From Staphylothermus hellenicus DSM 12710 (GTDB lineage: Archaea; Thermoproteota; Thermoprotei_A; Sulfolobales; Desulfurococcaceae), in contig NC_014205.1 of the NCBI RefSeq assembly GCF_000092465.1, forward strand, positions 210,001-242,000: 32,000 bases of DNA. Reading direction: 5' to 3'. Of this stretch, positions 8,385-17,197 are shown in pieces. Position 1 is the stretch's first letter. The number at the start of each line of letters is the position of its first letter. A program made the position numbers and the translations under genes. Below the pieces are notes generated by a model, which made no database searches, was not told the DNA's origin, and saw only the letters and a list, made by a program, of their open reading frames with translations.

Positions 8385-9062
8385 CTAGCAAGGAGGAATT
8401 CCTATAAGGAGTACTAAGAAGCTTGCTAATGGAACAGTTATATTATCATCTATCAATGGTTTTATCTCGAAGTGCTCAATAATACTGGCTAGAAGCCCAG
8501 CGACACCACCTAGTGGGCCTAGAACAAGGTATCCTATAGGTATTGTTACTAGTGCCATTGCAAGGTTTCCTATCCATGCTTTTGTCCTCCTATTATATAG
8601 CATGTTTCTCACAATTCCTGTTACTCCGTCACCGAAAGCCATGAAAACAATGGGTATAACTCCATACCACCAATTATGAAATATTAGCCACGCAAAAGTT
8701 ATCACTACCCCCCACATTATGCAGAAATGTACTTCATACATGTTATCCTCTGTTTGGAACCAATCCATTAACTTGTTTCTTCGATGAGGCATATATGTAG
8801 CAATAGCTAATACAGCAGCTAGAATCGCTGGTAGTAAAGGTGTTTCGAAGAGATATGGCACTGATAATGCAACTAATCCGCCGGCAAGGATATGTATTAT
8901 TTTCCTATTATAATAAACAGCTTTTATATGGGATAATCCCTTACGCCTCATATACTTGTATAAGTTCTTGGTTATTGGGTAAACAACTATCATTACCCAT
9001 ATGAATAAGAGCGTAGCCCATATACTCTCATACAGTAGATCCAAGAAGTACACCCTGAACAA
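8385..9062 (-). CDS. Polytopic membrane protein, CTP-dependent dolichol/polyprenol kinase or cytidylyltransferase-like family
   Basis: About 6-7 hydrophobic helices. The motif FGDGVTGIVRN...RRTKAWIGNLAM resembles the GDxxAxxxG...K(S/T)xxG block of the CTP_transf_1/dolichol kinase family. Function is tentative. Confidence 0.45.
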   Translation of the reverse strand: MFRVYFLDLLYESIWATLLFIWVMIVVYPITKNLYKYMRRKGLSHIKAVYYNRKIIHILAGGLVALSVPYLFETPLLPAILAAVLAIATYMPHRRNKLMDWFQTEDNMYEVHFCIMWGVVITFAWLIFHNWWYGVIPIVFMAFGDGVTGIVRNMLYNRRTKAWIGNLAMALVTIPIGYLVLGPLGGVAGLLASIIEHFEIKPLIDDNITVPLASFLVLLIGIPPC

Positions 9063-9214
9063 TTAATGCCCATTATATTATTGTTAAACAATATTTCTTT
9101 ATAGGATACCAGAAAATATATTTTTTCATGGGATGATGAAGGCCGTACTCACCGATTATGTGAAGAAGCCTTTAAGTTCTGACTCTAACTAGTTATTTTA
9201 TTCTAGGTGACTAG

Positions 9215-10072
9215 ATGAAAGATAATTATTCAAGCATACTTAAACACTACTTAGCCTTGCTAGGCACAGTTATTTTGTGGGGAACGAGTTTTCCAGTTAT
9301 AAAAATCTTGGTAAGCAATGTTAATGAATATACATATGTTTGGGTTCGAGGATTATTATCCACGGTGTTCTTAACACCTTTAATACTCCATTATATATCT
9401 AAGAAGAATGTTTCAAGAGAATGTGTTAAGGGAGGCTTATTAGCCGGTATATTCTATGGTCTCGGATTATTTTTTCAGGGATGGGGTACAGCGTATACTA
9501 CTGCTAGTAATTCAGCCTTTATCACCGGGCTCAACGTTTTATTTGTTCACCTAATTATTGCTTCCATGTATAAAAGGTATAGTATAAGATTGTTTGCTAG
9601 CCTGGTCTCAGGCATACTGGGTTTATACATGTTATCAAGCCCTACAACAATTGGTAGGTTAGGAGATTTCCTTGTCTTAATCGGGGCAGTTATGTGGGCT
9701 TTGCAAATAATTGTTTTCGATAAATATTCTAAATGTAATCCCTTCATACTTGTATACTTCATGTTCATACCTACTCAAACATTTATATTATTTGATCCAG
9801 CACCCATAAGCATATTAGAAACTAGAATCAATGTTTTGCTTGGATTCATTTACTTAGCCATATTCTGCAGTATAGGTGCTTTTGCTCTACAAGCATATGG
9901 CCAGAAAAAGGTTCCACCAGAAACAGCGGCAACAATTTTCTTGTTAGAACCCGTTTTCGCCTCCATCTTTGCATACTTGTTTCTCGGAGAAACCCTGGGA
10001 TTTAAACAATTAATAGGTGCTTCACTTATCCTATTATCAATGTATCTAGCATCTAAACATTTATTGAAGTAA
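9215..10072 (+). CDS. EamA/DMT-superfamily transporter (10-TM, two EamA repeats)
   Basis: Duplicated 5-TM architecture. WGTSFPVIK near the N terminus and the PETAATIFLLEPVFASIFAYLFLGE block typical of EamA repeats. Confidence 0.75.
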   Translation: MKDNYSSILKHYLALLGTVILWGTSFPVIKILVSNVNEYTYVWVRGLLSTVFLTPLILHYISKKNVSRECVKGGLLAGIFYGLGLFFQGWGTAYTTASNSAFITGLNVLFVHLIIASMYKRYSIRLFASLVSGILGLYMLSSPTTIGRLGDFLVLIGAVMWALQIIVFDKYSKCNPFILVYFMFIPTQTFILFDPAPISILETRINVLLGFIYLAIFCSIGAFALQAYGQKKVPPETAATIFLLEPVFASIFAYLFLGETLGFKQLIGASLILLSMYLASKHLLK

Positions 10073-10168
10073 GAAATAGATAAGTCGATGGAGCTTCTAA
10101 ACTAGAATGCTATGGAGTAACAATTGTTATTCAATAATTAGAAGATGTGGCGGCGGGGACCCCTATAG

Positions 10169-10277
10169 TGGTAGCGGGGGGTGGATTTTCCCGGAGCAGC
10201 CTAGATGGCTGCTCCGTTTTGAACCACCGACCTCGGGGTTATGAGCCCCGCGGGCTACCTGGCTGCCCTACCCCGCT
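10169..10277 (-). tRNA. Initiator tRNA-Met(CAU) with a ~32-nt intron inside the T-loop; CCA encoded
   Basis: Reverse complement: AGCGGGG...CCCCGCU gives the A1:U72 archaeal initiator signature. Anticodon stem CGGGG/CCCCG carries the three G:C pairs; loop CUCAUAA, CAU at 10243-10241. T stem GGUGG/CCACC encloses 39 nt instead of 7: UUCAAAA + 10-bp hairpin CGGAGCAGCC/GGCUGCUCCG + GGAAAAU. This implies an intron around position 58-60. Confidence 0.85.
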
Positions 10278-10407
10278 GTTTCGCCCCGCCATTATTTTTC
10301 TTAGATTTATTTGGGTCTTATATTGTTTTCTCTATGGTTTGATCACATTGTTTTTTCATTGTAGAATTGTATAGAAAAGAGTATAGGAAAGAAGGAGAGG
10401 AGAAAAA

Positions 10408-11166
10408 TTATTTTAGTTTATTTAGTGGCGTATTTGTTATTGCCGGTATATAGGGTAGGATGTGTCTTGTTGTTTTAGGCGAGTATACTTGGTTATGTTT
10501 AGCGATCTCGATTACCTCGTTTTTTGTTGGGGGTTTTCTTAGAAATAAATAGTCTATCTCTCCCTTTTCCAGATCTCTTAGTGCTTCATCTTTTTCACCG
10601 TAGTATACTAGAGTATATTCTCCTTCTAGGTTTAGTTTCGATAATATTTTCGACACTATTTTCTGCTCATTTATGGATCCATGTATTTTATAGCATTCAT
10701 TGTTTTTCCCTATGATTACGAATGCATATTTACCTAGTTCTTCGTCTTCATAGACATTATCTTTATCTTTGCATTTCTCTATTCTAATGCCTTTTTTCCT
10801 GATTTCTCCGAGTATTTTATTTATTGATCCTATGATTGCCGGGTACCATGTCTTTAACTTCACGTTTTCATCGAAGTAATCAATAATAATTGCCGGGACC
10901 TTTTTATAGCCGAGTTCTTTAACGGCTGCCCATCTATGATGCCCATCAACAACAAGGTATTTGTCTGTGCCGGGAATAGGGGTCACTATGATCGGCATAT
11001 CAACGACTCCTTCACTACGGATCTTCTCCATTAAATCCTTTAGCCTGCCTGGAACGATTTCTTCATGCGGTAACAACCTATCTACATCGATCAATACTGG
11101 CTCAACATATTTAACAGGAATCACTGTTTTCGGCAATTTTATGATTACCTTTCCCTTCCCAGACAA
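10408..11166 (-). CDS. serK: ParB/sulfiredoxin-fold free L-serine kinase (SerK family)
   Basis: ParB-like core LVVDGHHRWAAVKELGYKKVPAII. The C-terminal block GEIDYLFLRKPPTKNEVIEIAKHNQVYSPKTTRHILP is as I remember it from Thermococcus kodakarensis SerK. It is adjacent to serA-like and phosphoserine-aminotransferase-like genes. Confidence 0.7.
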   Translation of the reverse strand: MSGKGKVIIKLPKTVIPVKYVEPVLIDVDRLLPHEEIVPGRLKDLMEKIRSEGVVDMPIIVTPIPGTDKYLVVDGHHRWAAVKELGYKKVPAIIIDYFDENVKLKTWYPAIIGSINKILGEIRKKGIRIEKCKDKDNVYEDEELGKYAFVIIGKNNECYKIHGSINEQKIVSKILSKLNLEGEYTLVYYGEKDEALRDLEKGEIDYLFLRKPPTKNEVIEIAKHNQVYSPKTTRHILPYIPAITNTPLNKLK

Positions 11167-11295
11167 TTCTAGGCAACCACCATTTGCTTCTTTACATGTT
11201 AGTCATATATGTAGAAGTATATTTAGCTTATATTCATACATATAGGTTAGTAAATGAAAAGATAAGAATGAGAGAAAAACATGGTTTACTTATTG

Positions 11296-12231
11296 TTATT
11301 TATTACTTGATCCCTTAAAGAACCCAATTATTTTCTCAACAACTTCTACTCCTGCACGCTCCTGTGCTTCAACTGTACTAGCTCCTATATGTGGTGTTAA
11401 AACAACATTGTCCAGCTTTGTTAATGGATGTTCTGGAGGTAATGGTTCCTCCTCAAATACATCTAGGCCTGCACCAGCAATCCATCCTTCCTTCAACGCT
11501 TTTACGAGAGCATTAGTATCTACTACGCCTCCACGAGCAGTATTTATAAGTATTGCTGTTTTCTTCATTAGTCGTAGTTTTTCTTCATTAATTAAATGCT
11601 TAGTAGCTGGTACTAATGGTACATGGATTGATACTATATCTGCTGTTTTCAACAATGTATCTAGATCCACGCATTTAGCTTCTATTTCTTTCTCAATATC
11701 CTTAGGGCATCTCCGGGCATCATAGTATATGATCTTCATGCCTAAACCATGATATGCGATCCTAGCCACAGCGGTTCCTATACGTCCCATACCAATAATC
11801 CCTAATACTTTGCCTCTAAGCTCGCGGCCCAAACACTGCTTCTTAGCCCATGCACCTTCACGCATTTTTCTATCAGCGAAAGCTATTTTTCTCAATACAT
11901 CAATCATTAAACCTATTGCTAGTTCTGCAACGCTTTGTGTGGGAGCAGAGGGAGCATTAAATACTTGGATCCCCTTCTCATTAGCTGCGTCTAGATCAAT
12001 ATTATCTAGTCCAACTCCTGCACGGGCAATAACCTTTAGTTTCTCAGCAACTTCTATAACTCTCCTAGTGACTTTTGGCTTACTCCTAACAATAATAGCA
12101 TCTACATCTTTTATCAACTCTACAAGTCTATCCTCGCTAGGATATTCTTCATAAACTATTTGGAAGCCAGCATTTCTCAGCTTCTCCAATGCTTTCTCAT
12201 GAATTGGTGCGGCAACAAGTATTTTTACCAT
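11296..12231 (-). CDS. serA: D-isomer-specific 2-hydroxyacid dehydrogenase, short-form D-3-phosphoglycerate dehydrogenase candidate (no ACT domain)
   Basis: NAD-binding GIIGMGRIGTAVA. Catalytic blocks LINTARGGVVD and LTPHIGAST. Substrate is assigned from gene context only; glyoxylate/hydroxypyruvate reductase is an alternative. Confidence 0.7.
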   Translation of the reverse strand: MVKILVAAPIHEKALEKLRNAGFQIVYEEYPSEDRLVELIKDVDAIIVRSKPKVTRRVIEVAEKLKVIARAGVGLDNIDLDAANEKGIQVFNAPSAPTQSVAELAIGLMIDVLRKIAFADRKMREGAWAKKQCLGRELRGKVLGIIGMGRIGTAVARIAYHGLGMKIIYYDARRCPKDIEKEIEAKCVDLDTLLKTADIVSIHVPLVPATKHLINEEKLRLMKKTAILINTARGGVVDTNALVKALKEGWIAGAGLDVFEEEPLPPEHPLTKLDNVVLTPHIGASTVEAQERAGVEVVEKIIGFFKGSSNK

Positions 12232-12360
12232 AGTATAACCCCTCTTCCCGCATGTTTACCGATAAAACATACATAGATAAACGTATTAAAGTATTGGTTA
12301 AACCCTTATTTATTACCACTAAAAGAAAGAGAAGAATGATTAAAAAACAAGTATTATGGT

Positions 12361-13512
12361 TTATTTTTTCTTAAGCTCCTCGATTACTTCTCTCAAGTTA
12401 TCAAATAGTCCTCGAATGTCTTCATCAGTTATATAACCCATATGGCCTATTCTGAAAGTATATTCCTTAATTGGCCCATATCCCTTTGCTATTTCGAATC
12501 CTCTCTTCCTCATGGCTTCATATACTTCTACACCCTTAATACCCGGTGGTGTTTTAACAACTGTTATTGTCGGGCTATAATAGCCTGGCTTAGCAAATAG
12601 TTCCAGCCCAAGATCAAGGACTCCTTTCCTAATCTTTTCTGCTCTCTCACCATACATTTTAAGCCAAGCTTCCTTACCACCAATTTTCTCAATAATTCTC
12701 AATACAACGTTTAACCCGATAATTTGAGGTATTGGAGGAGTTGATGGTGTAGACCATTGTGTTTCTAAGTATTTCTTATACTTTAATAAGTCAAAATACC
12801 ATCCACGATTAGGAATAGTTTTTGCTTTTTCAAATACTGCATCACTTACAGCAGCCATTGCAAGGCCTGGTGGAACACCGAAGGCTTTCTGACTACTCGC
12901 AAAAACTAGGTCCAAGCCCCACTCATCCACTTTTATATCAGCAGCCCCCATCGCGGATACAGAGTCCACAAAGACTAGTTTATCATGTTCCTTAGCAACC
13001 TTTGCAAGCTCTGGTAAGGGGTTTAATACACCAGTACTTGTCTCATTATATGTTATAGTAACAGCTTCTACATCCGAGTTTTTCTTTAGAGCATCATCTA
13101 GTTCCTCCGGTAATACTGGTTCTCCAGGAGCCTTCTCTAATACTACGGCTGTTCTACCATTACTCTCGACAACTTCGCGGTAACGCTTACCGAAAGCACC
13201 AATAATTGTTACTAAGACTTTCCCGCCCGGTGTGACAGCGTTTCTAATGCTTGCCTCCATAAAGCCTGTGCCGCTGGAGGGGATTAATAATACTGTAGAC
13301 TTCTTTGCCTCGAGGAAATCAGCTAATCTAACCGTGGTATCTCTGTGGAGCTCCCTATACTCAGATGATCTATGGCTAAACATCTGTGCCTTCATAGCTT
13401 CTAATACTTCTGGAAAACACGCTACTGGGCCAGCGGTGAATAGTTTTAGTGGTTTTGGCCAAATAATAGATAATACTTCTTTTACAGCGTCTTCATAACT
13501 ACTCAATACCAT
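12361..13512 (-). CDS. Class V PLP aminotransferase (AGXT/serine-pyruvate family; phosphoserine aminotransferase candidate)
   Basis: PLP-lysine block ASSQKAFGVPPGL. GTGFMEA and YNETSTGV blocks are typical of fold-type I class V enzymes. Confidence 0.8.
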   Translation of the reverse strand: MVLSSYEDAVKEVLSIIWPKPLKLFTAGPVACFPEVLEAMKAQMFSHRSSEYRELHRDTTVRLADFLEAKKSTVLLIPSSGTGFMEASIRNAVTPGGKVLVTIIGAFGKRYREVVESNGRTAVVLEKAPGEPVLPEELDDALKKNSDVEAVTITYNETSTGVLNPLPELAKVAKEHDKLVFVDSVSAMGAADIKVDEWGLDLVFASSQKAFGVPPGLAMAAVSDAVFEKAKTIPNRGWYFDLLKYKKYLETQWSTPSTPPIPQIIGLNVVLRIIEKIGGKEAWLKMYGERAEKIRKGVLDLGLELFAKPGYYSPTITVVKTPPGIKGVEVYEAMRKRGFEIAKGYGPIKEYTFRIGHMGYITDEDIRGLFDNLREVIEELKKK

Positions 13513-13740
13513 ACACCTATTTGTTTTACTGCATATTCAACTTATGAACAAACAGATTAAAAACAATAATTTACAACTGCTTAGAAGAAATAATATAAAG
13601 CGGTCCCAGTCGCTCCACCTACATCATTAATCAGTTCGTCTCTGCTCGGTCATCCCATATACAAGATATGAAATACGAGTATTATTAAACCATAACCTTA
13701 AATCCCACCATAAAGATTATGTTGTCAGGTGTAAAAGAAA

Positions 13741-14064
13741 ATGGTTGAAGACATTGATTATAGCGAGTATATCCCGGAGGATCTCTTAGAAGAGATCGAA
13801 GAGATCATGGAGTATGAAAAGAAGAATAAGCGTAGAAATAAAAAGATATATCCTAGCAGTAGAGATATTGTAGAAACAGTTAAAGAAGCAGCTTTAATGG
13901 CTAGAGGAGTTCACCCAGATGAGTTCCCAGATATTGTTTTGAGATTATTGAAAGAGAAAGGATTTGATACAAGATATGTTACCGTTAAAAGAATTTGGAG
14001 AGTTTACGAAAACCTTGTTCGTAAAGGAGTTATCCCAGATACATTACATGTAGTTTCATGGTAG
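13741..14064 (+). CDS. Hypothetical protein (107 aa, acidic N terminus)
   Basis: ORF with GGTG 9 nt upstream of the ATG. No recognisable motif. Confidence 0.55.
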   Translation: MVEDIDYSEYIPEDLLEEIEEIMEYEKKNKRRNKKIYPSSRDIVETVKEAALMARGVHPDEFPDIVLRLLKEKGFDTRYVTVKRIWRVYENLVRKGVIPDTLHVVSW

Positions 14065-14070
14065 AATAAA

Positions 14071-14460
14071 ATGGTTAAGGGAATATATGTTAAGTTACCA
14101 ACAGGTATTTGGGTTAGAATTAAGGGAAAGATTAGTAGAACAATTGTTTCCCGAAATAAAAGTAAGAGATCAATAAGTTATACATTATTAGGTGAATCAA
14201 TAGATAAGCCTCCAAAAACAAATAATGATCCTCAGGCAAAATATTATATATCAGCAACAAGAGTCACCAAGTATATTCTTAGATTATTAGACGAGACCAG
14301 AACTTCAAAATACATAATGATAATTAAGCCTATTACTAAGGAGAAATATGAGGTATTAATTTATGGTAATAGTGCAGAAGCACGTAAAGCACATAAAATA
14401 GCTGAGGAAATGAATATTCTTAAACAACCGCCCAAGAAGATATTAGAAAAACTAAAGTAA
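14071..14460 (+). CDS. Hypothetical basic protein (129 aa)
   Basis: Starts 7 nt after the previous stop, so probably co-transcribed. Lys/Arg-rich; no motif recognised. Confidence 0.55.
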   Translation: MVKGIYVKLPTGIWVRIKGKISRTIVSRNKSKRSISYTLLGESIDKPPKTNNDPQAKYYISATRVTKYILRLLDETRTSKYIMIIKPITKEKYEVLIYGNSAEARKAHKIAEEMNILKQPPKKILEKLK

Positions 14461-14664
14461 TCTAACCCTCCTATTAACAATGATCTCATCATTTTCAACA
14501 GTCACTATTACTTGTTCAGCCTCTATTCTATAACCACATATAGGGCATTTATAGTAAAAGATTGCTCTATGCTTCCCATTACTCATTTTTTCGGTTTCCT
14601 CAATCAAATACATTGGTTTTCCATCTTTCTTACAAATAAATCCCTTATTGTTCTCATTACTCAT
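14452..14664 (-). CDS. Small zinc-ribbon-like hypothetical protein (70 aa)
   Basis: CKKDG...CPICG spacing suggests a metal knuckle (only 3 Cys visible). Convergent with 14071-14460, with a 9-nt overlap. Confidence 0.5.
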   Translation of the reverse strand: MSNENNKGFICKKDGKPMYLIEETEKMSNGKHRAIFYYKCPICGYRIEAEQVIVTVENDEIIVNRRVRLL

Positions 14665-14753
14665 AGCGATATCACCTGTATAGTTCTTATCCTATGCTAT
14701 GCCATAAATTAATAATTATAACAGATTATAATGTTTATAGATACAAAAAATAA

Positions 14754-15872
14754 GTGGTGAATTCTTTGAAGCCCCAGATCAATAAGTTATATGAGCTCGT
14801 AGAGAAAAGCGGTGTTGAAGAAGTACTTCTTGCAGCACCTGATAATATTGAGTACTTCCTAGGCATTAGAACAATTGCTGATTCTGTTTTACTCCTCCAC
14901 TATAAGAAAGGGGGTAATCTCCGAATATATGTACCATTACTAGAATATTATAGGTTCAGAGACACCCTTAGTAAGCTAGGAGTAGAAGTTATAGCTGTAT
15001 CTAAAACGGTTAAGCCTAGTGATGCAAGGATTGTGGAGAGTGATTGGAAAACCCTTATTGGAAAACTAGCTTCTTCCGATAAGGTTGGATTTGATAAATC
15101 ACATGTCTCACCACTTAACACGTTAATAACGAGTATATATGGGGATAGAATAGTTGATTTATCAAGTGAAATAAACAAGTATAGAATGAGGAAGGAGGAT
15201 TGGGAAATAAAATCCATTACTCGAGCAGTCGAGATAACTGGTAAAGGCATTTATGAGGTAGCAAACAATCTTAACGATAGAATTACGGAGGCAGAAGTAG
15301 CTGGTTTCTTCGAGTATCGTGTTAGGAGGGAGGGAGTAGACGAATATGCTTTCCCACCATTAACACTGTTTAAACCTGGAAATAGTTACCCGCACAACCT
15401 ACCTTCAAATACAAGGCTTGGAAGAAAGAATCTTGTATTAGTTGATGTCGGCGTCAAATATAATGGTAGATGCAGTGATATAACGAGAATGATTATTTGG
15501 AGAAAGATCTCGGAGGAGGAAAGAAAGGCTGTTGAGGCAGTAAATGAAGCAGTAGATAATGTAATAGATAATATACAGCCAGGAATAGAAGCTGGAAAAC
15601 TAGCTGATATAGCTGTGAAAACCCTTGAAAAACACGGGTTATCCGAGAGATTCATTCATGGATTAGGACATGGTTTTGGAGTATTAGTGCATGAGCCACC
15701 ATATATTAGAATAGGTGAGAAAACAAAGTTAGAGCCTGGAATGGTTTTCACTGTTGAGCCAGGAGTATATTTTGCCGGCAAATATGGTGTGAGAATAGAA
15801 GAAGATGTATTAGTTACTGAGAGAGGAGTAAGGGTATTATCAAAAATGATCGAGAGAATTATTACTCCTTAA
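14754..15872 (+). CDS. M24B metallopeptidase (Xaa-Pro dipeptidase/aminopeptidase P type)
   Basis: Pita-bread metal ligand blocks VLVDVGVKYNGRCSDITR, HGLGHGFGVLVHEPP, FTVEPGVY, RIEEDVLVT. GTG start. Confidence 0.85.
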   Translation: MVNSLKPQINKLYELVEKSGVEEVLLAAPDNIEYFLGIRTIADSVLLLHYKKGGNLRIYVPLLEYYRFRDTLSKLGVEVIAVSKTVKPSDARIVESDWKTLIGKLASSDKVGFDKSHVSPLNTLITSIYGDRIVDLSSEINKYRMRKEDWEIKSITRAVEITGKGIYEVANNLNDRITEAEVAGFFEYRVRREGVDEYAFPPLTLFKPGNSYPHNLPSNTRLGRKNLVLVDVGVKYNGRCSDITRMIIWRKISEEERKAVEAVNEAVDNVIDNIQPGIEAGKLADIAVKTLEKHGLSERFIHGLGHGFGVLVHEPPYIRIGEKTKLEPGMVFTVEPGVYFAGKYGVRIEEDVLVTERGVRVLSKMIERIITP

Positions 15873-16677
15873 AATACTCCACTATTTTTTCTACTCCTGG
15901 TTTGCCAATTACTAAAGACTTAATAAATTCTATTCTCTTAGGAGAACAAATGATTTTCTTCCCATCCAGTCCCAGCACAGGCACACCTAGTCTCTTAGCT
16001 ATGCTAACACCTCCAGCAACATCTAGGTTTCTCAATCTACCAGTATTGTGTAGGAATAAATCGATTCTGCCAAGAGCAGCATAAACAGATTCTAAAGCAG
16101 CAGATCCTATTACTCTTAGTCTAACTTCTCCGCCGAACTCTTTCTTCATAAACAAGTATACCTTTCTAAATGTTTCAGCTGTATTGGTGTACACGACATT
16201 TATTCCGCTCATACGGGAATAATATTTTTCAACTCTAACCCTATTAACATATACATTTGATTTATCAAAAGAATATATCTCCTTCAAGAACACATTTGCC
16301 ACAGCTCCAGCAATTGACTCGGTAAAATCATCACTATTAATATCGTAAAATACAAGTGATACAGCTACTCCAGGAATGCCCAATGTATAATTCAGGCTTC
16401 CATCAAGAGGATCCATTAAAACAATAAATTGGTGATTCTCACCTATTCTTACAATTCCTGCTTCCTCACTAACAATATATAGATCTAAACCTGTACCCCT
16501 CAATAATTCAATAGCGTATTCTTCAACCAAGGCATCTATTTTTCTTGTAGTATCGCCAGAAGCTCCTCTACCAACAATAGAGCTTAGAGGCTCTAATCCA
16601 TAGAGGTCTCTTAAATAACCGGCTGACTCACCTGCTATCCTAAAAGCTATTCTTTCTAACTCCTCATCTATTCTCAT
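15862..16677 (-). CDS. suhB: Inositol monophosphatase/fructose-1,6-bisphosphatase family protein (archaeal IMPase/FBPase type)
   Basis: Motifs VSEEAG, LMDPLDGSLNY and LDVAGG correspond to the IMPase metal-binding signatures. Confidence 0.8.
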   Translation of the reverse strand: MRIDEELERIAFRIAGESAGYLRDLYGLEPLSSIVGRGASGDTTRKIDALVEEYAIELLRGTGLDLYIVSEEAGIVRIGENHQFIVLMDPLDGSLNYTLGIPGVAVSLVFYDINSDDFTESIAGAVANVFLKEIYSFDKSNVYVNRVRVEKYYSRMSGINVVYTNTAETFRKVYLFMKKEFGGEVRLRVIGSAALESVYAALGRIDLFLHNTGRLRNLDVAGGVSIAKRLGVPVLGLDGKKIICSPKRIEFIKSLVIGKPGVEKIVEYFKE

Positions 16678-16845
16678 AAATAATCATCTCGATCCATGAT
16701 TCAACTAGCTCTACTTTACTCTTTAATAGGCATTCATTATTTATTGTATAATATTCATCTATATATCTTGTTTTAGTAGCTTTGAAAAAATAGTCGAGAA
16801 GTATTTCTATAAAAATAATAGCTATAATTCCTTTATTGTTTCTAA

Positions 16846-17084
<239 letters not shown>

Positions 17085-17197
17085 CGAATATGTTTATTTA
17101 TAAATTATAGATAGATTCATAGTTAGATATATTATTTTTGCCTGGCAAAAATATACATAACTATTGTATAGATAAATTGTGGATATAGGGGGTTTCA

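Noticed and set aside
10147-10374. 75-aa ORF on the plus strand
   Set aside because: It runs antisense through the initiator tRNA and its intron, so it is not a gene.
13633-13647. 15-mer AGTTCGTCTCTGCTC recurring with one mismatch at 29300-29314 (AGTTCGTCCCTGCTC), both intergenic
   Set aside because: By my rough estimate, a 14/15 match between two sites is expected many times by chance in 32 kb over both strands. The flanks do not align further.
13606-13656. C/D-box-like arrangement on the minus strand: GGGAUGA-N15-CUGA-UUA-AUGAUGU-N11-CUGG
   Set aside because: The internal D'/C' pair is good. However, the terminal D box reads CUGG, losing the essential A of the sheared G:A pair. The C box has a mismatch and the first spacer is 15 nt. 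This is too weak to call without expression or target data.
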